Source: Cetorhinus maximus | Lineage: Eukaryota | Direction: 5' to 3' | Assembly (NCBI RefSeq): GCF_964194155.1 | Contig: NC_135893.1 | Location: forward strand, 94,922,001 to 94,986,000 | DNA length: 64,000 nucleotides | Shown: one piece after another, positions 62,624 to 64,000 of the stretch | Layout: each line of letters starts with the position of its first letter | Numbering within the stretch: position 1 is the stretch's first letter | Program-made: the position numbers and the translations under genes | Notes under the pieces: generated by a model | Told to the model about the DNA's origin: nothing | What the model saw: only the letters and a program-made list of their open reading frames with translations | Databases searched by the model: none

Positions 62624-64000
62624 GTAAGTACAGTAAAACTTATCAAAGATGCAGACAGGAATTACATTATCACATGGTAATTGAGGTTTGATTTACACAC
62701 TGGCCTTCTCTGGAACGGTGATGACCTCTAAGGAATGTTGCACTATATAGTGCAGTACTAAATGCTGTTTGCTTTTCCTTTTTTGTATGTGATTAAAAGC
62801 TGGGATCAAGAACTTGGTAACTGGTTTTGTACATATTCATGTTCATACTGTCGTCTTCACTTAATCGCTAATGCTGAGTTGATATTTTTGTCATGCTATA
62901 TTTTGATTTCTTTTTGAACGAAAGCCTTTTTGAACAATGCTTTAGGGAAGTGCTTATTACAGTTGTCAATCCTTTATTAACACAGTTCCTGCTGGAACAC
63001 TATTTCCTATGTTATCACAGAAGATAGTAATCAAAATATTATGTATATGTCTTCTCCACTATTCCCTATGGGACTAGAATGGGATGATCTTTAAAAGCCC
63101 TAATTGCAGTCTGACCCAAAAAGTTTACTCACTGGCTTTTTTAATCATGTTTTGTTTGGGACTGTGCCAGTTCTTCCTTTCATCTTACAAGGATGTCAGC
63201 AAGTGAATGAAATAAAAGAAAAAAAAATTCTACAGTCCCCACCAATTAGCGAGTGAGTTAGCTTAAAGAAGTAGTGCTAGTTCTAGTGAACAAGACTAGT
63301 AAATCATGATTGAAGCTGTAACCCCACAGCAAATGGAGGGGATTAAGTACATGTAGGTAAGTGGACTATAAGGCAATGCTAGTTATTTATTTAACATGTT
63401 AATGCAGTCAGTGCTGAGTAATGTGAATTGTAACTGGCTACCTATTAGAGTTCTTTAAGTATACAAGGGAATTTACTAATGCTATTCACTGCCTTCTGCC
63501 TGAAATAGACTATGCTTAACGGTCTTAAGTGGCAGTTGATACAATTTGGTGCTTTTTGACCAATTTGAAATGATAACTCACTAAGTGGTAGGGACTGTGA
63601 CGTACAGTAGATCTATTGACATCTGAAAAAAGATAAGATGGGTAACATCTGAGACTGATCAGAACTGAAGTGGAGACTGAATCCTTTGGAGGTCTTTGGC
63701 TACCCAGCAATGCAGATTTGGTCAAACAAAATAATTCAACCATTTGATCCCAAAGCTGAGGATCCATCCAAATTTAATATTTAAAATTATTCTAAACAAT
63801 GGTTAAATTATGAACTGACCTGTGAAAGTTTTTCCACAGTGCAGGAGTCTGGCTGTCAGGTTTAATTACTGACTGACGGACTACCTTTGAGCTTAAATAC
63901 AATCTTTGTGACTGAAGATGATCCGACCTTGTACTCATAATGTTATCTTAATCGAATAACCTTTTGGGCAGTATTAAGTCCAAATACTGACATAATTTGC

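Noticed and set aside
63540-63720. Next SPSB3 exon (expected MVGIGTSDV...)
   Set aside because: No matching frame or splice sites found; the exon probably lies beyond the window.

Overview
Vertebrate genomic DNA, very probably from a shark (inferred from the repeat content and protein similarity, not confirmed). It holds the conserved IGFALS-NUBP2-SPSB3 block. IGFALS is on + (2 coding exons, 13865-13880 and 15466-17276, 608 aa). NUBP2/Cfd1 is complete on - (7 exons, 39860 to 21172, 272 aa). SPSB3 is on + and partial (coding exons 52663-52794, 61184-61358, 62436-62623, continuing past the window). NUBP2 and SPSB3 share a CpG-island bidirectional promoter. Introns and intergenic DNA are filled with decayed, often nested retroelements (CR1, L2, RTE, Penelope-like, DeuSINE, tRNA-SINEs, one Gypsy LTR element). 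Three features stand out: (1) an ORF1-less CR1-group LINE that starts with a tRNA-derived Pol III head, appears depleted of sense-strand T4 terminators, and has a short SINE that looks like its internal-deletion derivative; (2) about ten Penelope pseudo-LTR insertions, most with minimal hammerhead-ribozyme motifs, including a young 900-bp copy with three motifs, two of them 372 nt apart in tandem; (3) an old Gypsy element whose pol region appears replaced by a decayed coiled-coil coding sequence. All calls were made by eye and repeat boundaries are approximate.
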